Of a stretch of DNA of 64,000 nt, positions 10,901-22,334 are shown piece after piece. A program made the translations under genes and the position numbers. Where the stretch lies: contig CATNEN010000039.1 in NCBI GenBank assembly GCA_950097015.1, positions 744,001 to 808,000 on the forward strand. The letters are read 5' to 3'. Every line of letters begins with the position of its first letter. The first letter of the stretch is position 1. The DNA is from Macrostomum hystrix (Eukaryota > Animalia > Platyhelminthes). The notes beneath the pieces are model-generated. The model was not told where the DNA came from. It ran no database searches and was given only the letters and a program-made list of their open reading frames with translations.

Positions 10901-13900
10901 GACAAGCTGGCTTTGAGCACCAAATCTGAGGCTTCTGCAGGCAGTTGCAGACATCGAATTGGTATCCGCTGTGCAGCTGCCTGTGACCTGCTGCTGACAC
11001 TGCGGGCAGGTCAGCGGGCCTGTCCTGCGGTCCACGGCCAAGTAGGGCGGTGGCTCGAGCCTGAATTTCGGCCGGCTGTGGTTCGGGCTGCACGCATACG
11101 GGTAGAAGATCTTGCGCAATGGCCGGCGTCCGTCGTTGCGGAAGCGCGGCTCACTTTGTTTATCTTCGCTTTTTCTGCGTTTGACTCCGCAAGTTTTGGC
11201 GCAGGAAAATTGCGGAGTCGAGTTGGCGGCAAGAGCCAGGGAGAAAATGAATTGATTGCGAATATCTGTCAATTTTATTCTGACTCGTATTGATTTCTCC
11301 GGTGAAAAGCTTGGCAGCAGTTTATTTAAAAAAAATCTGCATTCAAATGAAGCAGCTGAGGGTAAATAGCAACCAAACAGCAGTTGTCAGGCTCTACAAA
11401 AAATGGCAAGTGCTTTACGGACTTGCATCTCACTGGCCGCTGCGCCAGGCACGCCACTCACTCTTCTGCATTGCTGATCTTTGTTAAGTGTTCTGCAGTC
11501 TGGTTTTTTGCCAAGGCCGCGGCTTCCATTTTCTCCAGGGTATTTATAATCGGCTGCAATCGAATGCGCGACTTGAACTCGGTGAAATTGCCGTAGTTTG
11601 GCATGCAGTTCCTGCACAGCACGAAACCGTCGATGCTTTCCAACCGCCTGACTGCCGTGCTGCCGAGCTTCCTGCAGCGGAAGCAGCGCACGCACGTTTG
11701 GCAGATAACGGTGCCGTCGTGTATCTGGGCGTACCAGTCCTCAGTGAGTCGGATCGGCCTGTTGCAGATGCACTTCACCACGGTGCGCTCCCGGATGTCC
11801 GGGTTCAGACGCTGCAGGTTCAGGGAGTCCAGGCGGTTGCGGTCGACTATATTTTCGTCTATGAACTGGGGCTCCGGCCAGCGCGGGTCCAGCTCGGAGC
11901 GGTACTGGATGCGGCAGAGTCCGTTACGCACCTCCGTGTTACGCGGGCCGCGCAGTTTGAGCATCTGCTCCGGGAATCGCTGGCGGTTGACTGCCCCATC
12001 GGGTTCAGTCAGGCAGGTCGTGTCACCATTGCCAGATTTGCCACCAACTGAAGAAGAGAGGCCTCTCTTGTGGTCCGCAGTCTGTGGCTGCTTCTTGGAC
12101 ATGCTGTCATATGCTATGGATGGCGTTGCTGCTGCTTTTATCTGCTTGTCCATGTGGCTGACTGACCTGCTCTGTGCTTACTTAGCCCGCCTCTTGGCTG
12201 CGCCGGCCGTGGCGCTTCTATTAAGTGTCTATGGCCGAAAGAGGACTACCAAGCCGAGCCTGGACGAGCCAAGGACGAAACTAAAATTAAAAGTCCATAG
12301 AATATTGTACTTTTATATCTGGAATTTTTTTTTAAATAGGCTAATATTGATATTTGTTGGTAGCATCATCCAAAAAGTCAAACAAATGCCAAGATCCTGT
12401 GATCCAGACGAAATCCAGTTTTACAGCAATATTCTTATTCATATCCACTTGACACTCTTACTGATCCCCTGATCCTTATATCCCGAAATCCCACTGGCAG
12501 TCTTCCTGATCCTCATATCCCGAAATCCCACTGGCAGTCTTCCTGATCCTCATACCCCAAATCCCACTGGCATTCTTCCTGATCCTCATATCCCCAAATC
12601 CGACTGGTTCTCTTCCTGATCACCAAATTGGACTGGTTCTCTTTCTGATCCCGAATCCGACTGGCATTCTTCCTGATCTGATTCTCTTCCTGATCCCCGA
12701 TCTGGTTCTCTTCCTGATCCCGATCTGGTTCTCTTCCTGATCCCGATCTGGTTCTCTTCCTGATCCCCGATCTGGTTCTCTTCCTGATCCCCGATCTGGT
12801 TCTCTTCCTGATCCCCGATCTGGTTCTCTTCCTGATCCCCGATCTGGTTCTCTTCCTGATCCCGATCTGGTTCTCTTCCTGATCCCCGATCTAGTTCTCT
12901 TCCTGATCCCCAGATCCATGAGGCCTCCACAGGAAGTTCCCAGCTTTCCTAGATCCCCAGATGGGTCACACGCCCTTTCAAGCTATCTGCTCCCTTATAA
13001 CCCGCACAGGTGTGCTGCTGTACAGCTCTTCCCGTTGCCCCATCGACGCCACCCTGTACGCTCGCCTGATTAGCCAGCTGGGCCAGACGAGGCTCTGTCC
13101 AAGGTCCGGACCGGCTTCTTCGCCTCCAACAGAAGACCTTCTGCGGCTGGAGCTGTGCCCGGGCCTGCACTTCGCTGTGCCCAGACAGGTGAGCCGCCAG
13201 GCTTCTGATGGCTGCCGATGGCAAAGCCTTTGTCAAAAGTTCAAATTCTGAGTTGTTGTGCCGCTATAGTTATTGTCTGCTTTCAATGATTTAGGAATCG
13301 TCCCGCATACTATCGATATCGCCCCAAACATTCTGAAGATCGTTCCGGACGTTCTAGGAATTGTCCCAAAAATGTTCGAGAATCTTTCATCCTGATCCTC
13401 ATATCCCCAAATACGACTGGCATTGTTCGTGATATCAAAATCCCCACATCATACTGGATCTCCTCTTAATCCCCAGATTGCCACATCATACTGGATCTCC
13501 TCTTAATCCCCAGATTGCCACATCATACTGGATCTCCTCTTAATCCCCAGATTGCCACATCATACTGGATCTCCTCTTAATCCCCAGATTGCCACATCAT
13601 ACTGGATCTCCTCTTAATCCCCAGATTGCCACATCATACTGGATCTCCTCTTAATCCCCAGATTGCCACATCATACTGGATCTCCTCTTAATCCCCAGAT
13701 TGCCACATCATACTGGATCTCCTCTTAATCCCCAGATTGCCACATCATACTGGATCTCCTCTTAATCCCCAGATTGCCACATCATACTGGATCTCTCTTA
13801 ATCCCCAGATTGCCACGTCATACTGGATCTCCTCTTAATCACCAGATTGCCACATCATACTGGATCTCTCTTAATCCCCAGATTGCCACGTCATACTGGA

Positions 13901-15795
13901 TCTCCTCTTAATCCCCAGATTGCCACGTCATACTGGATCTCCTCTTAATCCCCAGATTGCCACATCATACTGGATCTCCTCTTAATCCCCAGATTGCCAC
14001 ATCATACTGGATCTCCTCTTAATCCCCAGATTGCCACATCATACTGGATCTCCTCTTAATCCCCAGATTGCCACATCATACTGGATCTCCTCTTAATCCC
14101 CAGATTGCCACATCATACTGGATCTCCTCTTAATCCCCAGATTGCCACATCATACTGGATCTCTCTTAATCCCCAGATTGCCACGTCATACTGGATCTCC
14201 TCTTAATCACCAGATTGCCACGTCTGGGGATGCTGGGAAATCAACAATCTCTTGTTCAAGCGATCTGATGTGATTCCTAAGAGCAAACACGCGGGAACCT
14301 TTGAGCACGCATATCAAACACAGCTTAGAAACTGGGCAGAGCGTAATATAAGGCTTATTTGTTGGCTGCAATTAACAAGCTGGGTCAGGTATCTGGCACC
14401 ATGATACAAGTAAATCGTCAGGGTGTTTATGGCAGCCAATTCTCTTGTACAATCCAGCCAGCTTGAGAGACGGATGCGGCCGGCTGCCGTCTGATCGTAA
14501 TGCCTCATCATAATCTGAGCATAATCTGCTCACCCCGGGTGCTGAGTCATTGAGCGGAAATGCGAGCTCACTACTCACCATTCACTACTGGACTGAGATT
14601 GCTCTCATCTGGCTACCCGTTCCCGCTACCATTCACTACTGGACTGAGTGGCAGATCTGGCACATTCAGAATTTACACTGCCTGACAATGAGACAGACAG
14701 GCCAGATTTTCACACCTGTGTGCGTGTGCGCTCAGGAGCCACTGGAATGGACACAATTGTTCCTCCATAACACTCATAGCTCAGGCCAGGCGAGCTGCCA
14801 GTTCCCGCAGCCGTCCTGCAGATTCAGTGCTAGCCTGCTGGAGTGCTAGCATCAGTAGACTGCAGTGCTAGCATCAGTAGACTGCAGTGCTAGCATCAGT
14901 AGACTGCAGTGCTAGCATCAGTAGACTGCAGTGCTAGCATCAGTAGACTGCAGTGCTAGCATCAGTAGACTGCAGTGCTAGCATCAGTAGACTGCAGTGC
15001 TAGCATCAGTAGACTGCAGTGCTAGGATCAGTAGACTGCAGTGCTAGCATCAGTAGACTGCAGTGCTAGCATCAGTAGACTGCAGTATCAGCATCAACTG
15101 CAACCAAATGCTGACAGATATTCAGCATTATCTGTCAGCATGCGAATTCATAATGCGACAGAAATCAGTTCAGCTCGAGTCCTCCCTCCCTCCCTCCCTC
15201 AGTCCGTGCAGATCGACCAAGCGGCCCAGCAGCTGCGGGCCAGGCTGGCCAAACAATCTCAGCGCCGGGATGAGCTGCTGCGGCTGATGCAGACGGTTCC
15301 AGCGACCCTGGCGGCCGCGACCGACTGCGGCGGCGGCGCTGGCCCGACTGTCGCCAACACGAGTTGCATGAGTGGCACGGATACGCAGAGGAAGAAGGTG
15401 AGCCGCGTGAAAGGTGAGGTGAAAGGGTAGGAAGGGGAGAGGTTTGAAAGGGTGGGAAGGGGAGAGGTTTGAAAGGGTAGGAAGGGGAGAGGTTTGAAAG
15501 GGTGGGAAGGGGAGAGGTTTGAAAGGGTAGGAAGGGGAGAGGTTTGAAAGGGTGGGAAGGGGAGAGGTTTGAAAGGGTAGGAAGGGGAGAGGTTTGAAAG
15601 GGTGGGAAGGGGAGAGGTTTGAAAGGGTAGGAAGGGGAGAGGTTTGAAAGGGGGGGCAGAAGCGCACCTCAGTCGGTGATCCCAGTCCAGCTGCGCTCCC
15701 CTGTCACACTTCAGCTGGCAGTCCTGACGGAGCAAATCGACAGGCTGGCAGAGCGGCTTCAGCAGCTGCAGCAGAGCCGGTGCTGGGACTGGTGA
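4924..15795 (+). CDS. VARS2: Valyl-tRNA synthetase, probably mitochondrial; exons 4924-5204, 5479-5560, 5632-5751, 6707-7237, 7580-7834, 8059-8688, 10140-10587, 13010-13188, 15203-15397, 15715-15795; start codon unresolved
   Basis: [13 protein letters not shown] (HIGH motif), [26 protein letters not shown], editing-domain [19 protein letters not shown] and [12 protein letters not shown] (HS resembles the VARS2-type variant), [39 protein letters not shown] anticodon domain and C-terminal coiled coil. All junctions are GT-AG with matching phases; TGA at 15793-15795. Confidence 0.9.
5222..5382. repeat. 53-bp intronic tandem repeat x3
   Basis: gaagtggggatctgtgaggaccgagagtgggagaactgggaatcaggtgatag repeated. 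Confidence 0.9.
5830..6310. repeat. ~31-bp pyrimidine-rich intronic minisatellite
   Basis: ccattctctcccatctcctcc core repeated about 15 times. Confidence 0.9.
7845..7935. repeat. ~18-bp intronic repeat ggggtgtgagcggcactg x5
   Basis: Starts about 10 nt after the donor at 7835. Confidence 0.85.
9121..10118. repeat. 29/30-bp intronic minisatellite (ccagtccctgtcacttctgatgacaaaga / ...gatcataaatacta)
   Basis: Two interspersed unit types; ends about 20 nt before the acceptor at 10139. Confidence 0.93.
10609..10745. repeat. 24-bp repeat atagcatccatccacctcagtaca x5-6
   Basis: Tandem copies just after the donor at 10588. Confidence 0.9.
11458..12153 (-). CDS. Nested antisense gene, ~231 aa, atypical LIM-like double zinc finger
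   Basis: Non-repetitive, GC3-rich ORF inside ValRS intron 10588-13009. Cys pattern CxC-x20-Cx2Cx2Cx2C-x19-Cx2C. The apparent stop overlaps a GTGAGT donor (11461), so a tiny last exon after the acceptor near 11394 is possible. Confidence 0.72.
   Translation of the reverse strand: MDKQIKAAATPSIAYDSMSKKQPQTADHKRGLSSSVGGKSGNGDTTCLTEPDGAVNRQRFPEQMLKLRGPRNTEVRNGLCRIQYRSELDPRWPEPQFIDENIVDRNRLDSLNLQRLNPDIRERTVVKCICNRPIRLTEDWYAQIHDGTVICQTCVRCFRCRKLGSTAVRRLESIDGFVLCRNCMPNYGNFTEFKSRIRLQPIINTLEKMEAAALAKNQTAEHLTKISNAEE
12470..12912. repeat. 40-bp then 23/24-bp minisatellite (tctggttctcttcctgatccccga)
   Basis: Tandem copies in ValRS intron. Confidence 0.9.
13441..14222. repeat. 37-bp minisatellite ccccagattgccacatcatactggatctcctcttaat, ~21 copies
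   Basis: Near-perfect tandem array in ValRS intron. Confidence 0.95.
14841..15086. repeat. 22-bp minisatellite cagtgctagcatcagtagactg, ~11 copies
   Basis: Tandem array in ValRS intron. Confidence 0.95.
15421..15655. repeat. 25-bp G-rich minisatellite gaaagggt(a/g)ggaaggggagaggttt
   Basis: Strictly alternating a/g units in the last ValRS intron. Confidence 0.93.
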
Positions 15796-16353
15796 CCTCG
15801 GAGCTCAGACGCTACGGCTCGCACTCGGTGCTCATGCTCAGTTCTCAGGCACATGCGCCTGTGTCGGTAACTGACCGGTTGCCATGGCAACATGTGCATT
15901 TTTATTGCACGCTTTTCAATCTGTTTATAGCCTTAAATTGAAATATACTGCTAAATGCCGATCGTACATTCAGCAGGCCGTGTGAAACCGAATTCCATAA
16001 TTCCCGATCAAGCCATTCAAAACATATTTATTTTTTTCCTATGGAAATCGAAGTAAAATAGCCAAAATCAGTAAGTCCAGGTTCTTTGACTCCAAGCAAG
16101 GCGCGATTTAAGACTGAATGAAAGCTATTTTTGCAATCGCTTTCTTGGCCCTTTTAGATTTTCATTGTTTTTGGATTTTACTGATATCAAAAGATGCATG
16201 GTTGTCTAGATGACAATGGTTTTTTGACAGCTGTTTAGAAAAATCGAATTCCGAATTGAAAATTTTAGTATTGTTTTTATTCCATCAATAGGAGTAAAAG
16301 TATTATCAAATAAAACATGGCATTGACTCCATTGTATTTCCCCTGGCCAGTTG

Positions 16354-16429
16354 TCACGGCTTCTCCGTGTTCTCCTTGCCACCGCACTCCTCAATCGGGG
16401 TTACCATCGGTCGTTGGCTCGGCTTGTTA

Positions 16430-16499
<70 letters not shown>

Positions 16500-18977
16500 C
16501 CAGCTCGCGCACAATGGCCCGATGCTCATCGATAAGCTGGGAAATTTCGCGGCGCCTGTGCGCGGCGGACATTCGAATGATGTCGGCCGCAACCTCCGAG
16601 TGGCGTCGCCGGCTGATCCGGTCCGCGATGGACTGCCTGCGGCACTTCTGCCCGCCTGCGGGACAAACAGGACCGAATGCACCATGTCCACCAATAGGAG
16701 GGTTACCTGTTCCAACAGATTGGGTACCTGTTTTAACAGATTGGGTACCTGTTCCAGCAGATTGGGTACCTGTTTTAACAGATTGGGTACCTGTTCCAGC
16801 AGATTGGGTACCTGTTTTAACAGATTGGGTACCTGTTCCAGCAGATTGGGTACCTGTTTTAACAGATTGGGTACCTGTTCCAGCAGATTGGGTACCTGTT
16901 TTAACAGATTGGGTACCTGTTTTAACAGATTGGGTACCTGTTCCAGCAGATTGGGTACCTGTTTTAACAGATTGGGTACCTGTTCTAGCAGATTGGGTAC
17001 CTATTCTAGCAGATTGGGTACCTGTTTTAACAGATTGGGTACCTGTTTTAACAGATTGGGTACCTGTTCTAGCAGATTGGGTACCTGTTTTAACAAATTG
17101 GGTACCTGTTCTAGCAGATTGGGTACCTGTTTTAACAGATTGGGTACCTGTTTTAACAGATTGGGTACCTGTTCTAGCAGATTGGGTACCTGTTTTAACA
17201 GATTAGGTACCTGCTCTTGCAGATTGGGTACCTGTTTTAACAGATTAGGTACCTGCTCTTGCAGATTGGGTACCTGTTTTAACAGATTGGGTACCTGTTC
17301 TAGCAGATTGGGTACCTGTTTTAACAGATTGGGTACCTGTTTTAACAGATTGGGTACCTGTTTTAACAGATTGGGTACCTGTTTTAACAGATTGGGTACC
17401 TGTTTTAACAGATTGGGTACCTGTTTTAACAGATTGGGTATCTGTTTTAACAGATTGGGTATCTGTTTTAACAGATTGGGTATCTGTTTTAACAGATTGG
17501 GTACCTGTTTTAACAGATTGGGTACGTATTCCAACAGGTGGGTTACCTGTTCCATTAGTTAGGCTACCTGTTCTTATGTGTTTGACTAATTTTTTTTAAA
17601 CTCTCGCTGGTTAGAAATCTGGTTTTCAAACGATCAGTGATTATAAACTTATCCCACAGCCCTCAGAAGCCAGACAAGTTAGTTTTGCGGCTTGAAAATT
17701 CTCAAAAACATTCTCAGCACTCGCTAATCTGAAAACATACAATTGCTTCTGGTGCACTGGCTCCGCCTAAACAGGGTGGTTGATTCTGGGTAATATTATC
17801 TTAGTGTGAACTCTCACAGCTGCCTTGGGATCTGCTCGGGAAACTCCTCACAGCTGCTTTGGGATCTGCTCGGGAAACTCCTCACAGCTGCCTTGGGATC
17901 TGCTCCGGAAACTCCTCGCAACTGCCTTGGGATCTGCTCGGGAAACTCCTCACAGCTGCCTTGGGATCTGCTCCGGAAACTCCTCACAGCTGCCTTGGGA
18001 TCTGCTCCGGAAACTCCTCACAGCTGCCTTGGGATCTGCTCCGGAAACTCCTCACAGCTGCCTTGGGATCTGCTCGGGAAACTCCTCATAGCTGCCTTGG
18101 GATCTGCTCGGGAAACTCCTCACAGCTGCCTTGGGATCTGCTCGGGAAACTCCTCACAGCTGCCTTGGGATCTGCTCCGGAAACTCCTCACAGCTGCCTT
18201 GGGATCTGCTCGGGAAACTCCTCACAGCTGCCTTGGGATCTGCTCCGGAAACTCCTCACAGCTGCCTTGGGATCTGCTCGGGAAACTCCTCACAGCTGCC
18301 TTGGGATCTGCTCGGGAAACTCCTCACAGCTGCCTTGGGATCTGCTCCGGAAACTCCTCACAGCTGCCTTGGGATCTGCAACAGGATCAGCGTTCAAACC
18401 GGGAGAGCTTCTGCAGTTCCTGCACGTACACCTGTACGCGGGGATATTAGAAAGCAATTTGGGAGCGGAGGGGTGGGTGTCGGTTGTTGCTGAGGCCTGT
18501 CTCAAAATCCGCTTTGACCAAGTCACGGATTGAAATCTCTTTTGTCTTTTCATTTCCCTCTGGTGGTGCATGATGGGGCAGTGAAAGCTCAGCCGCTAAC
18601 GGGCTGCAGTCTGCTTCCTATTCCAAGACTAGCTCATCGGAGTCCACATCGACCTTACCTTGGTTTCCAAAAGATAGGTAACAGTTAGTTTCTCAATATT
18701 TTTATAATTTATGTTTAGCACAAATTCCCTACCCGCCAGCGTGACTGTCGGCCCGCTGCTCACCTATGATAAGCGGCGGCAGCGCGTCGATCTCCGTGTC
18801 GGCGACGTCGATTTCGACCTCTTCAGCGTCGCCCTGCTCGTTTTGCACTAGCATCTCTATGATGCTGGACCGCCTGCGATCGATTGTCGCTTGTTGCTTT
18901 TGCTGCTGCTGCTGCTGCTGCTGCTTGGCACCCCGCGTGCCTTCTTTGTCTTTGTGCTCCGCTGCAATCTTCTTCAT
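16354..18977 (-). CDS. Poly-Q orphan protein, exons 18977-18764 and 16655-16354 (~171 aa)
   Basis: ATG at 18977 follows an in-frame stop. Donor G|GTGAGC and acceptor TCCCGCAG|GC are both phase 1 and join two ORF-track segments in frame. Two CAG tracts and repeated RRxS motifs. No recognisable domain. Confidence 0.62.
16700..17570. repeat. 21-bp minisatellite aacagattgggtacctgtttt, ~41 copies
   Basis: Tandem array in the poly-Q gene intron. Confidence 0.95.
17811..18378. repeat. 34-bp minisatellite actcctcacagctgccttgggatctgctc(g/c)ggaa, ~17 copies
   Basis: Tandem array in the same intron. Confidence 0.95.
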
Positions 18978-19389
18978 TGCGTCGCTAGGCCGCTGCTGGG
19001 TCTGGGCTGTGGCTGGCAGCTCCGCTACTGCAAGGTCGCGGCCCGATCACTTTGTGGTCTGGGATTTAAATTAATTTCCCTTCCCGCTGCTTCCCGTCGG
19101 TTTCCCCTCCTCGGCTGCGCTTCAGAGCGGGTATCGGGGCGGAGCTGGGGTGGCTGTCAGCTGTAAAAAGAAGCAATGAGCGAGTAGCGCCATTGGCCCG
19201 CTGAGGACGCTGCGAGCTGCTCCGCGGTCGCCTCTGCCTGTCTCTCCCATCTCCCATCATCAGTTCGCTCCCTACTTCCCTACTTCCCGCTCTGTTTTCA
19301 GCGTCGCCCGCAGGTGAAGCCTTTGAGCAGTGCTTTATGAGTGCTTGAGCAGCGCTTGAGCAGTGGCAGAGAGAGCGAATGGCAGCGGA

Positions 19390-21988
19390 CTACAATTGAT
19401 CCTGCATGGAAATAGAAGATAAAGAGAACCCACGGGAAGATCAAATCGAATGCGAATACTTGGGAAAACGGGAAATGTATGAATAGCGACAGACACTAAC
19501 TCAAGAAGGGCAGGGATCAGAGATCAGAGAGTGTATTAGATTGTATCAGAGAGAGTGACAGTGTATCAGAGAGAGTGACAGTGTATCAGAGAGAGTGACA
19601 TTGTATCAGAGAGAGTGACAGTGTATCAGAGAGAGTGACATTGTATCAGAGAGAGTGACATTGTATCAGAGAGAGTGACATTGTATCAGAGAGAGTGACA
19701 TTGTATCAGAGAGAGTGACAGTGTATCAGAGAGAGTGACATTGTATCAGAGAGAGTGACATTGTATCAGAGAGAGTGACAGTGTATCAGAGAGAGTGACA
19801 TTGTATCAGAGAGAGTGACATTGTATCAGAGAGAGTGACATTGTATCAGAGAGAGTGACAGTGTATCAGAGAGAGTGACATTGTATCAGAGAGAGTGACA
19901 TTGTATCAGAGAGAGTGACAGTGTATCAGAGAGAGTGACAGTGTATCAGAGAGAGTGACATTGTATCAGAGAGAGTGACATTGTATCAGAGAGAGTGACA
20001 GTGTATCAGAGAGAGTGACAGTGTATCAGAGAGAGTGACATTGTATCAGAGAGAGTGACAGTGTATCAGAGAGAGTGACATTGTATCAGAGAGAGTGACA
20101 GTGTATCAGAGAGAGTGACATTGTATCAGAGAGAGTGACATTGCATCAGAGAGAGTGACAGTGTATCAGAGAGAGTGACAGTGTATCAGAGAGAGTGACA
20201 TTGTATCAGAGAGAGTGACTGTATATCAGACGACCTGTCAGAGAGTGACGCTGTCAGGGAGTGGCAGCCAAACAAATATACTGACAAACTATCCGTTTAA
20301 GAATTCGTGGGTGTCGTGTATCGGAAACGCGCGTCGGTGCATAAACTACTACTTACGCGGCTCAGTGGCAGTAGTGGCACAGTTTCTGCGGTCGAACGAA
20401 CGTGCTGCCTAAAATGTGGTTTTTTGTATGCAAAGCGGAAGCTTTGATTTTTATAATATTTTTTGGATTGTGAGCACTCGGCAATCGATCCAAAGCAAGA
20501 ATTTTTGTGAATCAGTCCCATTGAAAACTAGGTATCGACCCAATATGCAGAGTGCAAACCAAACAAGGAATCAGCCGAATGTGAAACAGGGATCGACCAA
20601 AGATATTTTAAATGCGTTGCCATTCGGAATCAGCCTTACGCGAAATCTGAATGTGGAATCGGCCCATAAGCCTCACCTCGGCAGATTCCGCCACAGTCGC
20701 TCTTCTTCCGCAGTTGCCTCGCTCATGTTGCTCGTCTGGCTGACTCGCTGGAAGGTCATTGGCGGTGGGGTCTGACATCTATATAGAAATGAAAATTATG
20801 TACAACCGCCACCTTTGGGATTATCATTGTTGCACTTCTCGATCCTGAGGCACCGAATATATTCTCAAGGTACTTTTTCTGAGTCAGCCCGCGCTGCAGG
20901 CCTACCAAGTGCCCAAATCAAATCAGCTCAGCTGTACTCAGTACTAGCAAGGCAAGTCTGGGACCTGTCCTTCAGTGAGTAAGGAATTGAATTTTTCTGG
21001 AACAGGCCCTGCAGGGGAACATAATATTCAATTTCGAATAGAATTATCCCAGGAGCAACTTTCCCGCGGGTAGCAACCAACCACAGGCGTCCGCAAAAGC
21101 TCCCCTGCTGCTGCTCTGCTGCTACTCTGCTAACTGCACTGCTGCTGCACTGCTGCTGCTCTGCTGCTGCACTGCTGCTGCTCTGCTGCTGCACTGCTGC
21201 TGCTCTGCTGCTGCACTGCTGCTGCTCTGCTGCTGCACTGCTGCTGCTCTGCTGCTGCACTGCTGCTGCTCTGCTGCTGCACTGCTGCTCTGCTGCTGCA
21301 CTGCTGCTGCTCTGCTGCTGCACTGCTGCTGCTCTGCTGCTGCACTGCTGCTGCACTGCTGCTGCACTGCTGCTGCACTGCTGCTGCACTGCTGCTGCTC
21401 TGCTGCTGCTCTGCTGCTGCACTGCTGCTGCTCTGCTGCTGCTCTGCTGCTGCTCTGCTGCTGCACTGCTGATGCTCTGCTGCTGCACTGCTGATGCACT
21501 GCTGCTGCACTGCTGCTGCTCTGCTGCTGTGCTGCTGCTCTGCTGCTGCACTACTGCTGTGCTGCTGCTCTGCTGCTGCACTGCTGCTGCTCTGCTGCTG
21601 CTCTGCTGCTGCTCTGCTGCTGCTCTGCTGCTGCTCTGCTGCTGCTCTGCTGCTGCTCTGCTGCTGCTCTGCTGCTGCTCTGCTGCTGCTCTGCTGCTGC
21701 TCTGCTGCTGCTCTGCTGCTGCTCTGCTGCTGCTCTGCTGCTGCTCTGCTGCTGCACTGCTGCTGCACTGCTGGAGACAGGTCTCCCCACACCTGTCTCC
21801 CCACACCTGTCTCCCCACACCTGTCTCCCCACACCTGTCTCCCCACACCTGTCTCCCCACACCTGTCTCCCCACACCTGTCTCCTCACCAGAATCCGGGC
21901 GCCGCTGCAACCTTGGGCTCAAAGCAATGGCCATCTCGCTAATAGCTGCCGAGAAGCGGCCTCGAATGCTGGAGAACAAATCTGACAT
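19390..21988 (-). CDS. Tentative multi-exon orphan gene (exon 21988-21889 MSDLFSSIRGRFSAAISEMAIALSPRLQRRPDS; exon 20778-20677; last exon from ~19401)
   Basis: ATG, then a strong donor G|GTGAGG at 21888. An internal GC-rich exon is bounded by tttctatatag and gag|gtgagg; strong acceptor tatttccatgcag near 19402. Phases need an additional exon in 20813-21010 that I could not fix. Confidence 0.4.
19540..20240. repeat. 20-bp minisatellite (g/t)tgtatcagagagagtgaca, ~35 copies
   Basis: Tandem array with one binary variant position. Confidence 0.95.
21105..21772. repeat. CTG-derived 11-bp repeat (ctgctgctgca/ctgctgctgct)
   Basis: Degenerate CTG tract that has moved to an 11-bp period; intronic in the tentative gene. 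Confidence 0.9.
21782..21888. repeat. 14-bp repeat tctccccacacctg x7
   Basis: Abuts the minus-strand donor at 21888. Confidence 0.9.
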
Positions 21989-22334
21989 GCCGGGCGAGCC
22001 AGCCCCTTAGCTTGCTCTTTTGCGCTGAAAAAGCTGTCAAAACTCCCGCACACCCGAGCTCCCGACCTCCCGAGCAGCTGTTATATGGACCAACGCGGAT
22101 GCGCAGCTGCCTCGCGGGCCCTGATTGGCTGAGGGCAGTCGGCACTGAAGCAGTTTTTTGCTGTTTCGGGAGACAGCCCGCGATATTCCGTGGATCCAGA
22201 GCACGAATATACGCGACTAAGACAATAGAAAGCAATCATTCTCATTGCAAGCCCTTCAAAAACCGGATGACACGATTGAGTCTGAGAAAGCGGAAAAGCA
22301 CGTTTTATCCAAAAAAAGGACAATTTGGATAAGA

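Noticed and set aside
16351-17562. 403-aa poly-Leu ORF resembling a signal-peptide protein
   Set aside because: Antisense reading of the CAG tract plus the 21-bp array; splice signals support the minus-strand gene.
18618-18660. Alternative last exon of the poly-Q gene (GKVDVDSDELVLE-stop)
   Set aside because: Phase-compatible, but a weak AAG acceptor and no further support; left unannotated.
20928-21985. Ala/Gln/Ser- and Cys/Leu-rich ORFs
   Set aside because: An 11-bp-period CTG-derived repeat open in several frames, lying downstream of a strong donor, so intronic.
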